DNA of 64,000 bases from Nitrospirota bacterium (GTDB lineage Bacteria > Nitrospirota > UBA9217), in assembly GCA_963818475.1 (NCBI GenBank), contig CAWFSF010000005.1:160001-224000 (forward strand). Reading direction: 5' to 3'. Position 1 is the first letter of the stretch; the number at the start of each line of letters is the position of its first letter. Below the pieces are notes generated by a model. The model saw nothing but the letters and a program-made list of their open reading frames with translations. It made no database searches and was not told the origin of the DNA. Both the position numbers and the translations under genes were made by a program. This document shows positions 43,135 through 52,730 of the stretch, one piece after another.

Positions 43135-44496
43135 TTAATTGTCCCTATGTCGGCGCACCAGGTTACAGCGAATGGTGTTTTCAAATTTAAGCCGCTCTGC
43201 CGAACGCCGGTTGATGTCCGGATTGTAGAACTCGAACGTGTTCCCGCCCCGGTTTTTCGCGTGATACAGGGCAATGTCCGCGTACTGGAACAGTGATTCG
43301 ATGCTGTCGCCGTCGTCGGGATAGACGCTGATGCCCATGCTGGTCGTGATGGTGAACTCGTGGCCGGCGGTGATGCATTTATCCCGCATGGCGTCCAGGA
43401 TATTCAGGGCAATTTCCGTCATGTCCTCCGGCCGTGTGATGCCGGCAAGCAGGATGCTGAACTCGTCCCCGCCGATCCTTGCAACGGCGTCCGAATCCCT
43501 GATCGCGGCCCGGAGACGCTCCGCCACCGTCTTGAGGAGCTGATCGCCCGCCTCGTGTCCCAGCGTGTCGTTGACTTCCTTGAAGTGGTCGAGATCGAGG
43601 AAGAGGAGTCCCGTTTTCGTTCGATTGCGGCGGGCTTCAGCGATCTCGAAGCGGATCAGTTCCATAAACAGCCGCCTGTTCGGCAGGCCCGTCAATACAT
43701 CGTGATGGGCCATATGCCTGATCTCCTCTTCGAGTCTTTTGCGATCAGTGATATCCACGATGAAGGCGATTCCGTCCGGCTGCCCGTCGAGCTTCGCCGC
43801 GCCGAAAAGTCCCCAGAATCTCGACCCGTCCCGGCTGAGATATTCCGTTTCGTAGGGCGTGATGCGACCCGTCGCACTGAACTGCTCGGACGCCTCTCTC
43901 ATTCTCGCCTGCCACTCCGGCGGGACCAGACGGCCCCAGCGCCGCACCCGGCCCGCCGAGAGCTCCTCGCGATTGGAGCCGACCATCGCGAGAAATTTGT
44001 CGTTTCCGTCGGTGATCCGCCCATCGGCATCGAAGTACGCTATGCCGATGATGCCGCTCTCGCTCAAGCGGCGGAAGCGTGCCTCGCTATTCTGGAGGGC
44101 TTCGACGGCCCGCTTTCGCTCGATGGCATACCGTATGGAGCGCACCAGGAGATTGCGGTCGACCTTTCCCTTCGTGAGGTAGTCCTGAACGTCCAGGTGC
44201 AGGGCCTTAAGAGCGACCTCGTCGTCGTCAAACCCGGTGAATACGATGATCGGGATAGTGGGGGATTGGCTCCTGATCTTCAGGACCGAGTCCATCCCCT
44301 CGCTGTCGGGAAGCCTCAGGCCCAGGAGCACGATGTCAAATGAGCCCTCGCGCAGGACCTGGAGCCCCTCGGACAGCCGTAGCGCGCGGACGAAGGTAAA
44401 AGAAGGCTCTTGCACCATTGCCAGCATCAGCCGAATCAATTCTGCATCGTCTGGATTATCATCGATCGCGAGCACACTAATATTCACGTTCTTCAT
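43135..44496 (-). CDS. REC-PAS-GGDEF diguanylate cyclase
   Basis: Receiver domain, PAS domain, HDVLTGLPNR, RIGGDEF. Confidence 0.9.
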   Translation of the reverse strand: MKNVNISVLAIDDNPDDAELIRLMLAMVQEPSFTFVRALRLSEGLQVLREGSFDIVLLGLRLPDSEGMDSVLKIRSQSPTIPIIVFTGFDDDEVALKALHLDVQDYLTKGKVDRNLLVRSIRYAIERKRAVEALQNSEARFRRLSESGIIGIAYFDADGRITDGNDKFLAMVGSNREELSAGRVRRWGRLVPPEWQARMREASEQFSATGRITPYETEYLSRDGSRFWGLFGAAKLDGQPDGIAFIVDITDRKRLEEEIRHMAHHDVLTGLPNRRLFMELIRFEIAEARRNRTKTGLLFLDLDHFKEVNDTLGHEAGDQLLKTVAERLRAAIRDSDAVARIGGDEFSILLAGITRPEDMTEIALNILDAMRDKCITAGHEFTITTSMGISVYPDDGDSIESLFQYADIALYHAKNRGGNTFEFYNPDINRRSAERLKFENTIRCNLVRRHRDN

Positions 44497-44863
44497 AGCG
44501 TTCCCTCGGCGGTGCCATTATCTTGCGGGACCGGATAATATTACTTATGAAAGCATTAAAGGCAAGTGCAGACTGTGGTCGACGTAGTAATGGGGGTGCC
44601 TGTGACAAATTATTGTCTACAAGGGAATGCCAATGTAATTAATATATTAAAGACTGCAAGTATTTTCTGTGATTTTAGTCACAGGTGGCCCGATTAAGGA
44701 AAGATCACCATAGGATCGAAAAGTGATCCAGAATTACCCGAATGATAAAAACCCATTTACTCTGTAATCACAATAACATTCCTCTCAATCTCTCATAAAT
44801 GGGAAAAGCAACATGGTATAATGATTACAGACACGATATTCAGGTGCAAAAAGGAGGCGCACA

Positions 44864-44998
44864 ATGGGAGACAAAGGCGGCAAGAAAGGCAAGGAAAAGA
44901 GCCAGAAGCAGAAAACAATGAAACATGTGCATGACGTGCAGCAGCAGAAGGACAAGCAGCAAAAGAGTTCGCTTGAAGGCAAAAACAGAAGCTTATAG
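44864..44998 (+). CDS. Small Lys/Gln-rich protein (44 aa)
   Basis: AAGGAGG RBS; MGDKGGKKGKEKSQKQKTMKHVHDVQQQKDKQQKSSLEGKNRSL. Confidence 0.6.
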   Translation: MGDKGGKKGKEKSQKQKTMKHVHDVQQQKDKQQKSSLEGKNRSL

Positions 44999-45274
44999 GG
45001 ACGCCGTTGAAAGTAACGTACGTAACAGCTAAGGCATCGTACTGTTCAAAAAAAACATCGAGCCGCAACCCGAATCCGTAGGCAACGCTCGTAAAGACGG
45101 CCCTGTGATGTATCGCGCACTACCCTCCCATCCCGTCCTTTAGCCGCATAGCCCAGACTCTATCTCAGCCAGCCAGATCTTCCAATTGCATGCACGGGGG
45201 CAGTCTCGACCCTCCATGGCCTTCCCCTGCTATACTTATTGATACATACCTTTATCGCAGAAGGAGGAGCCGCC

Positions 45275-46202
45275 ATGGCGAAGAACCGAAAGATCCGGAA
45301 AGTATTCAAAAGCAAGCCCACGATGGAAGGGGCGGGAGTGCATCTGAGGCGGGTTTTCGGGAACAGCGAGGTCCCGCTCTTCGACCCGTTCCTGCTGCTC
45401 GATGATTTTCGCAACACCGATCCCTATCATTACATCAAGGGTTTTCCCTGGCACCCCCATCGCGGCATCGAGACGATCACCTACGTTCTCACAGGCGACG
45501 TGGAGCATGGCGACAGCATGGGAAACAAGGGCGTCATCACCTCGGGCGACATGCAGTGGATGACTGCGGGGAGCGGCATCATCCATCAGGAAATGCCCAA
45601 GGGAGACGACAACGGCGTGATGGAGGGTTTTCAGCTCTGGGCAAACCTGCCGAAGTCGCATAAGATGATGGACCCGCGGTACCGGGACATTAAAAGCGCG
45701 CAGGTGCCGGAGCTCGTGACGAAGAGCGGGGCACGGATCAAGGTCATCTGCGGGACGGTGGACGGAAAGCAGGGCCCGGTCAGGGACATCGTCATCGACC
45801 CGGAATATCTCGACGTCACCGTGCCCGCCCATACGGAGTTCGTGCATACGACCAGGCGCGGCCATACGGTCTTTGCCTACGTGATAGGCGGCAAAGGGCG
45901 TATTCTGCAACGAGAAGAACCCCTTTGCCTATGACGCCGTGGGCGAGAACTATTTCGACATGGAGCGCGATCCCTATCATCCACAACGGGACCGCGGTGC
46001 TCTTCGGCGACGGCGATCAGGTGACGGTCGCGGCACAGGGCGAAGCCGGTCCGCTTCCTGCTGATCTCCGGCAAGCCCATCAGGAGAACCCGTTGCCTGG
46101 TACGGCCCGATCGTGATGAACACGGAAGAGGAGCTTCAGACGGCCTTTGACGAGTACCGGGACGGGACGTTCATCAAGCACCAGAAGCCGCAGCGTTCGT
46201 AG
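45275..46202 (+). CDS. Pirin family protein (frameshifted)
   Basis: DPFLLLD, HPHRGIET, WMTAGSGIIHQE, WYGPIVMN. Confidence 0.9.
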
Positions 46203-46264
46203 TTACAGGCAGTGGTTTCGGCTAATAATGGCATCAAGCGGCAATCAAACAGGGGAAATAATTA

Positions 46265-46293
46265 TTGACGCTGTGGTCGGAATACACTATAGT
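46265..46293 (+). promoter_or_regulatory. Sigma70-like promoter
   Basis: TTGACG-N17-TATAGT. Confidence 0.6.
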
Positions 46294-46341
46294 TAAGCAG
46301 TTTCACAACTCACAGCTATTTAATTTTCACGGAGGTTTCAT

Positions 46342-46638
46342 ATGGAAATACTTTTTCTCCTGCTGAGCGGCACCGCGGTCCTAGTCATGGTCTATGCGCT
46401 CTATAGCGCTCTCTCCCTGAAGAGCAAGATCCCCGGCGGCAAGGTAAAATCAACATGGAATATGCTTACCTCGCTCATCGTCATGTTCACGATCGGCTAT
46501 CTCGCGACCCCCTTCTTTCGCCTGTTGCCCCCGGAGGTCAAGGACCTCCTCGTCGGCGTGATCTTCCTGGCCGGCGCCATCTTCGTAGTGATCGTGATCA
46601 AGCTCTACTTCAAGATCATCGAGGACCTCGGTCTATGA
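46342..46638 (+). CDS. Three-TM hypothetical membrane protein
   Basis: Hydrophobic helices; GGAGG RBS. Confidence 0.7.
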   Translation: MEILFLLLSGTAVLVMVYALYSALSLKSKIPGGKVKSTWNMLTSLIVMFTIGYLATPFFRLLPPEVKDLLVGVIFLAGAIFVVIVIKLYFKIIEDLGL

Positions 46639-46892
46639 ACCCTGTAACGAAAGAGCATATCGACCAGATGCGTGAGATCATCCATGAGGTTCTGGCCGGA
46701 AAGGCGAGCAAAATCTTCCTTGGCAGGATCGACGGAATCATTGCGGATTGGGGCGAGGATAAGCTCTCCGCTGCACAGGCCTGTGAAAAGGTGCAGAAGA
46801 CCGTCAGCCTGTTCATTGATGAGAACCTGGCCAAGGAGATCGGCAACAGGTGTGCGCCGATCGTCATGCGCGAACCGCCAACGAGGAAATAG
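46635..46892 (+). CDS. Hypothetical protein
   Basis: MNPVTKEHIDQMRE..., ATGA-coupled to the previous gene. Confidence 0.65.
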   Translation: MNPVTKEHIDQMREIIHEVLAGKASKIFLGRIDGIIADWGEDKLSAAQACEKVQKTVSLFIDENLAKEIGNRCAPIVMREPPTRK

Positions 46893-47024
46893 CTGCCCTG
46901 CCGGATTTGCAGCGCAGCCATATGGTTTTATCTTGCGACCCTTTAGGGGCCGTTTAATGTTTATATATACGGTCTTGAGTCGCGAGTGAAGATTCCTGGT
47001 CCGAATTCACTATTCTGCCCGCTC

Positions 47025-49040
47025 TTATTGCTCAGGCTGCTTTCTCTTTGTCATAATCTTTGAAATCTCGCCGCTGATCTCACCGACGTCATAGGGTTTA
47101 CATACCACTCCGCAGAAACCGTATTTTTCATATTCGGCCATGATGGGGTCCCTTGAATAGCCGCTCGAGACGAGGACCTTTGCATCAGGAGCAAGCGCTT
47201 GAAGGCTCTTGACGGCGTCTTTGCCTCCCATCCCGCCGGGAATGGTCAGATCCATGATCACGACATCGAAAGGGTTCTGTTCACTCTCTGCCTTCAGGTA
47301 TACCGCTATCGCTTCCTTGCCGTCCCTGGCATATTCCACAACATACCCAAGCTCGCTGAGAATATGGCCGGCAACATCTCTTACCAATTCTTCATCATCC
47401 ATGATAAGGATCTTCCCTTGACCTGCCTGAACTGATTTCACTTCCTGGGTCACCGGGGAGAGCGTGTCCCTCAATGCGGGAATATATACGGTGAATGTCG
47501 TGCCGGCCCCTGCTTTTGATTCAACGGAAATTTTCCCGTCGTGCCGGTTGATGATGGATAAAACCGTGGCAAGACCCAACCCGGACCCGTTCGTTTTTGT
47601 CGTGAAATACGGTTCAAATATTTTCGGCAAATGTTCTTCCGGGATGCCTGTTCCCTCGTCGCGGAACGTGATCTTTACATAATCGCCTGCTTTGAGCGAA
47701 GCGGCGTTGTGTTTTTTCACGACTGCGTTTTCAAAAGCCAGATGAACTGCTCCCCCCTTCGGCATGGCATGGACTGCATTAATGATCAAGTTGTTGAACA
47801 CCTGGCTTATCTGGCCCCGGTCAACCTCGGCGCTCCAGAGGGACGCGGGAACGGTATGAAAGCATTTAATATTGGAGCCCGACATCGCAAACGTGCTCGC
47901 CTCCCTGGCAATGTCAAGGAGCGATGCGGGTTTCTTTACCGGGGCGCCGCCCCTGGCAAACGTCAGCAGCTGCTGTGTCAGGTCGGCGGCCATTTTAGCC
48001 GCCTTTTCCGTTTCAATAAGCCTGGCGAATGATCGGTGCTCGGCACCAAGCTGCATCTTCACCAGACTGACGTTTCCCAGGATGGAGGTAAGCAGGTTGT
48101 TAAAATCATGCGCCAGTCCGCCTGCAAGCAAGCCGAGCGATTCTATCTTCTGGATCTTTTGCATCTCCTGTTCCATGCGATATTGCGCCGTGACATCGCG
48201 GAATACGAGAACGATCCCGATGGTCTTGCTGTGCTTGTCCTTGATCGGCGCGGCGCTGTCTGCAATGACTATCTCGGTTCCATTCTTTTTTATGAGCGCA
48301 GTATGATTGGCCAGACCGACGATCATCCCGGATTTGAGGACCTTCTCCACGGGATTTTCGCATTTTTCTCTCGTGTTTTCGTTGATGATGTTGAACACCT
48401 CGGTAAGCGGTTTTCCCAGGGCCTCTTCATTCGTCCAGCCGGTGAGCTCTTCACTTACTTTGTTGAGCAGCGTGACATTGCCGTCGATATCCGTGACGAT
48501 GACCCCGTCGCCAATGCTTCTCAAGGTTACCGCCAGACGCTCCTTTTCAGCAGCTATCGCGTCTTCCGCTTTTTTCTTCTCCGTGATGTCGCGCGTTATC
48601 CCGAGTAAAGCCGTGATCCCATCCTTTTCATTACGGAACGGAACCGCACGGGTTTCAAGCCAAAGGCGCCGTCCTTTCAACCCGACCATCTCGAAGGTGA
48701 ATATTCCTGACCCGCCGTTGCATACGTCCCTGGTCAGCTTCATGAAGTCGTCACGATACGCTGAAGTAACAAGAGGACAGACGCATTTCCCCTTGACCTG
48801 TTCGAGCGATTCAGCCTCGATCATGTTCAAACCCGCTCTATTCATGAAGATCAGGTTTCCCTCGGCATCTATTATCTTTACACATTCCGGCTCTGTTTCG
48901 ATAATGGAGTTCGAAAGATACTCGCTTTGTTTCAGCTGCTCCTTCATCTTCAAAAGATCTTTGTTTATGCGGAGGATGGAATAATGCCTCCACCCGGCCA
49001 TAAGAACAATGAGGATAATTACAAAACTGATATGTTCCAC
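47025..49040 (-). CDS. Hybrid PAS-PAS histidine kinase with receiver domain
   Basis: GGLAHDFNN H-box, N/G boxes, C-terminal REC (DLTIPGG). Confidence 0.92.
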   Translation of the reverse strand: MEHISFVIILIVLMAGWRHYSILRINKDLLKMKEQLKQSEYLSNSIIETEPECVKIIDAEGNLIFMNRAGLNMIEAESLEQVKGKCVCPLVTSAYRDDFMKLTRDVCNGGSGIFTFEMVGLKGRRLWLETRAVPFRNEKDGITALLGITRDITEKKKAEDAIAAEKERLAVTLRSIGDGVIVTDIDGNVTLLNKVSEELTGWTNEEALGKPLTEVFNIINENTREKCENPVEKVLKSGMIVGLANHTALIKKNGTEIVIADSAAPIKDKHSKTIGIVLVFRDVTAQYRMEQEMQKIQKIESLGLLAGGLAHDFNNLLTSILGNVSLVKMQLGAEHRSFARLIETEKAAKMAADLTQQLLTFARGGAPVKKPASLLDIAREASTFAMSGSNIKCFHTVPASLWSAEVDRGQISQVFNNLIINAVHAMPKGGAVHLAFENAVVKKHNAASLKAGDYVKITFRDEGTGIPEEHLPKIFEPYFTTKTNGSGLGLATVLSIINRHDGKISVESKAGAGTTFTVYIPALRDTLSPVTQEVKSVQAGQGKILIMDDEELVRDVAGHILSELGYVVEYARDGKEAIAVYLKAESEQNPFDVVIMDLTIPGGMGGKDAVKSLQALAPDAKVLVSSGYSRDPIMAEYEKYGFCGVVCKPYDVGEISGEISKIMTKRKQPEQ

Positions 49041-49340
49041 GGTAACGGCTCCTTTGGGGAGGGATTTTTGAAAATATACGTTTTGCAGGTTTTTTTGCAG
49101 CTCATAACCGCTGAGCTAGGCTGGCCTGGAACCATTCTTGTTCATCGGAGGATATCACAGAAAATCGCTGAAAGTAAAGGGATTATGTGGAGGTGTGGAG
49201 CGGTCCGGCGCGAACTATGGAGTCAGCGGATTTCCGCGGTTTGCGGGATTGTCGGCTTGTTCGGTTGCCGGCAGCTCACGACGGCCTTCAATGGGAGGCG
49301 GAGTTGGAGGGCTTTCCTGATCACAAAGACGCTTTCATAT

Positions 49341-49460
49341 TCAATCGACCTCGCACCCTTTGTCCCGAAGTGCTTTGAAGACCCCGGCGAGATGTTCCCT
49401 CCCGCGGACTTCGACGGTAATGACTACCTTTGTTCTGCCGATGGGCACGTCGCTGTCCCT
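49341..49460 (-). pseudogene. C-terminal ACT-domain remnant resembling threonine dehydratase
   Basis: RDSDVPIGRTKVVITVEVRGREHLAGVFKALRDKGCEVD* with no upstream body. Confidence 0.6.
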
Positions 49461-49472
49461 GATGAGGGAACG

Positions 49473-49509
49473 AAAAAAGCCGGCAGGGACCTCGACCCCT
49501 GCCGGCTTT
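49473..49509 (-). terminator. Intrinsic terminator of the candidate ncRNA
   Basis: GCCGGCAGGG-loop-CCCTGCCGGC followed by T6 on the minus strand. Confidence 0.85.
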
Positions 49510-49529
49510 CGTTATTGACAATAAATTAC

Positions 49530-49823
49530 GGCGTTGCTTTGGACCCGCATCTTAATCATACCGTTGATCCTCGGGATATTCGGTAGGAACGATCACTTCG
49601 AAGATCTGCTCTCGCAAATCCTGAGATGGTTCGTTTCCTTCCGAATTCTCCTTCGGCCTCCGGGGCTTTCCGCTTACCAATCTCTGGTGACCTGCAAACC
49701 GGCAGTGTAACAATCCTCACGGACTGCTGTTTGCCGTTTCCGGATCACGCCTGGTTGGGCTTAAGGCCCTCAACGAAAGTTAAGGATACGTTTAACACTT
49801 CTCAGTGTCGGTCCGGCAACGCC
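49530..49823 (-). ncRNA. Candidate large structured non-coding RNA (about 294 nt), family not recognised
   Basis: Ends pair (GGCGTTGC/GCAACGCC, GGACC/GGTCC, CGTATC/GATGCG); four GNRA-capped hairpins; G-U pairs favour the minus strand; TATACT upstream, terminator downstream; no credible ORF. Confidence 0.75.
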
Positions 49824-49831
49824 TTACTGTT

Positions 49832-49861
49832 AGTATACCTCCCTTTGTCAAGCGGTGACAT
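49832..49861 (-). promoter_or_regulatory. Promoter of the candidate ncRNA with overlapping palindrome
   Basis: TATACT at 49837-49832, 8 nt before the first paired base; ATGTCA 18 nt upstream; TGTCA-N5-TGACA at 49846-49860. Confidence 0.55.
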
Positions 49862-49982
49862 TGAGGATGTGCAAGGGGAAACAAAAAAGCCATCACCTTG
49901 CTGGTACTTTAGTCGAACTTGTTTAAACTCGTTGCCGATCTCCCCTCCGGCAGGTATCGGTGATCGTTGGCGCATGCGTTCT

Positions 49983-50729
49983 CTAACCGGCTTTCCGCAT
50001 CCTTTCCGCCTCGCGCTCGCGTATCTTTGAATCGATAAGCCCCTGAAAGCGCATCGCCAGTTCCGGCCCTTTAGCCCCCTCGCCTTCGTGCTTAAAGAAC
50101 ACGAAGGCACGCTCCCATTTCTGCGCCAAGATCATTTCCACCCATTGCGACAGATCAGCGTCCGTGTAATCGGAGCGGCGCAGACGCAGGTATCCCCAGT
50201 CCGCCGTACTGACGATCTCCGTCGCCGGGTCCTCATCAGCATCGGCGATGCACAGGCTGCATCCCTTTTTCCGCAGGAGGTCCAGGATCGGTCCGTCGAG
50301 CCAGGATGCGTTGCGGAACTCGAATGCGCATGACGCCACCTCGGGGATAAGAGCGAGCATTTTCTCCAGCGCTGCCGCGTTCGCGGGAAAGGTCCTGGGA
50401 AACTGAAACAGGACGGGCCCCAGCTTCTGGTCCAGCGTTGCCAGAGACCTGAAGAGGTATTCAATTTCCGAACCCACGTTCATCAGCCGTTTCCAGTGCG
50501 TTATCACCTGGGGAGCTTTGAGCGCAAACACAAACCCGTCCTTCACCTGTTCCGCCCAGGAACCGAGCACCTTTTCTGTAGGCATGTGATAAAAGGTGTT
50601 ATTGATCTCCACCGTGTTGAGGCGTTCACTGTAAGCGTGAAGCATCTCTTTGGGAGAGATTTTCTCAGGATAGAATGCCCCCTTCCATTCTTTGTACGAG
50701 TATCCGCTGGTGCCGACGTGGACTTTCAT
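49983..50729 (-). CDS. DUF72 family protein
   Basis: VGTSGYSYKEWKG.FYP, VEINNTFY, LGPVLFQFP. Confidence 0.92.
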   Translation of the reverse strand: MKVHVGTSGYSYKEWKGAFYPEKISPKEMLHAYSERLNTVEINNTFYHMPTEKVLGSWAEQVKDGFVFALKAPQVITHWKRLMNVGSEIEYLFRSLATLDQKLGPVLFQFPRTFPANAAALEKMLALIPEVASCAFEFRNASWLDGPILDLLRKKGCSLCIADADEDPATEIVSTADWGYLRLRRSDYTDADLSQWVEMILAQKWERAFVFFKHEGEGAKGPELAMRFQGLIDSKIREREAERMRKAG

Positions 50730-50786
50730 AGGTCATCACCGCCTTTTTTTCTTCATCGCGAGACCCAAGCCGAAGCAAAAGGCATC

Positions 50787-50894
50787 TCTCGCAAAGGACG
50801 CCAGGAAAATCCTAAGAGCGGCTCGCTTTTGCTTTTACACTAAAAAAGATCTTGATTCAAGCTTCCCTTTGCGCTCTTCGCGAGCTTTGCGAGA
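50787..50894. repeat. Intergenic palindromic repeat element
   Basis: TCTCGCAAAG ... CTTTGCGAGA. Confidence 0.6.
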
Positions 50895-50957
50895 TATCTT
50901 CTTGCCCTCATGTAGCATTTGAGCTTTTCTCTGCGCCTCTGCGAAAAATTTTCTTTT

Positions 50958-52567
50958 TTAAAATGACTTACCATCTCCCACGGTCTTCTCCCGCATCACA
51001 TCGCGGGCGCTCTTATCATCGCGCATTCGCAGGAAAACGGGCTGTCTCATGACAGCATCCGCAGTCCAACCGGTAAAACCAACCTCGCAGACCAGCTCCG
51101 GCTTTACCCAGGTGACCGGGGCATTGGTCTCCGGCTTGACGCTGAGCGGGCTTTCTTTGCGGATCAGGGGCTCCAGTTGTTCGCGAATGTCCTTTAACAT
51201 TTTCGAGGTGAAGCCCGTTCCCACCGAACCGATCGGGACCAACGCGTCCCCTTCATAGGCGCCCAGGACGAGGCTGCCGAAATATTTTCTGCCGCCCCCC
51301 GCTTCCGTGAAGCCCGCGATCACTCCCTCCTGCGTCAGCCGCGTCTTTATCTTCAACCACTGCCCGCTCCTTCTGCCCGCCTCGTAGGTGCTTTGGCTAT
51401 GCTTCGCAATGATCCCTTCCAGCCCCTTTTCTTTGGCGACCCGGTAGAACAAGCACGCCCTCTTTCGCCACGTGATCGCTGAACCGTATCCGCGGGTCGG
51501 AGGGAAGTATTTTTTTCAGGACCTCTTTTCTCCTGAGAAGAGGCAGGTTCGTCATATCATGTCCCTGAAAGTAGAGGAGGTCGAAAACAGAGTAGAGCAG
51601 GTGGCCCTTTCCGGAATCCTGGTAATTCTGCAGCGCCTGGAAATCAGGCCGTCCCTCGTCATCCACCACGACGACTTCGCCGTCCAGCACAGCGTCAAAT
51701 CCTAATTTCCGCAAAGAGTCCACAACAGGAGAAAACCTTTTGTTAAACGATAGATCCGTTCCGGGAATAGAGCGAAACGTCCTTGCCCCGGATCTCGGCA
51801 ACAGCCCGGTATCCGTCCCATTTCACCTCAAAGATCCAATCCGGATGATCGAACGGTTCCCTGGCCACGGTCGCGAGCATCGGCTGCAGAGCGTGCGGCA
51901 TTGGTTTGGCCGGTGCATCCTTCAGGCCTTCGCTTTCCATGGCTTCGTGAAGACGGATCTGGTTCATTTTTTTTTGCTGGAAGGACCTCTCCGGAACCGC
52001 TTCGAGCATCTCCTCCAGCGTTTTATGGGACACCACGGAGCGGTTTTGCGTGAGGATGTCCCCTTTGGCAGGGTCACGGTCTTTTTTCTTCAGAAGAAGC
52101 CACGACTTCCCGTCCTTTCCGGTTTTCACCAGCGCAAATTCACCGTGCAGCTTTTCCCCTTCGAGCACGAACTTCAAATCCCCTTTTCTGAGGCCCTCCA
52201 GAAGCAGTTTCTCGTTTTCATTCTCATCTCGTGCCAAAGGGTGGTGATAAAAACCCCGGTCCCAGATGATGACGCTTCCTGCGCCGTAATTGCTTTCCGG
52301 AATAACGCCCTCGAAATCCTTGTACTCCAGCGGGTGGTCTTCGACCATGACCGCCAGCCTTTTCAGGGAAGGATCGAGCGAAGGGCCCTTAGGCACGGCC
52401 CAGCTCTTCAGCACCCCCTCGAGCTCAAGCCTGAGATCATAATGAAGCGCCCGGGCCGCATGCTTCTGAACAACGAATATGCGACGGCCCACCTCTGGCC
52501 GAAGGCCTGGCTCCGGTTCGGGTGTTTTCTCGAATTTGCGCTTTCCTGTATATTCAGTCAATTTCAT
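50958..52567 (-). CDS. ligD: LigD 3'-phosphoesterase plus ATP-dependent ligase (two frameshifts)
   Basis: FVVQKHAARALHYDLRLE, SWAVPKGP; EVKWDGYR, LDGEVV, LEGIIAK, WVKPELVCEV. Confidence 0.92.
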
Positions 52568-52587
52568 GACAACTGCCTCGTTTTATT

Positions 52588-52716
52588 ACCACGGAGTCAC
52601 GGAGAGAGAAAAATCTGAAGTTCCGAAAAGAACGACTGTAACGCCCACTGGCTTCAGATGTGCTATAGTTACCTGATTTCTGCCTTTGTTTCGCGGTTTC
52701 TCCGTGCCTCCGTGGT
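52588..52716. repeat. Intergenic palindromic repeat element
   Basis: ACCACGGAGTCACGGAGA ... TCTCCGTGCCTCCGTGGT. Confidence 0.65.
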
Positions 52717-52730
52717 CATGTTTAATTGCA

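Noticed and set aside
45065-45095. CCCGAATCCG...CTCGTAAAG resembling the 3' part of a c-di-AMP riboswitch
   Set aside because: Better explained as an antisense Hsp70 gene remnant; the 5' half of the aptamer is missing
49099-49275. attC-like fragments (TCATAAC...TGAGCTAG; CCGAAC...GTTCG) suggesting integron cassettes
   Set aside because: Degenerate, no complete paired R/L boxes, no integrase or cassette array
49530-49823. Candidate RNA as RNase P, tmRNA, SRP, 6S or a c-di-GMP riboswitch
   Set aside because: No GAGGAAAGUC/ACAGAA-type RNase P core, no tRNA-like ends or tag ORF, no SRP helix-8 context, branched rather than rod-like, no GEMM consensus
49626-50110. ORFs 49626-50030 and 49802-50110 overlapping the RNA
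   Set aside because: No recognisable motifs or RBS; they overlap DUF72 out of frame or antisense
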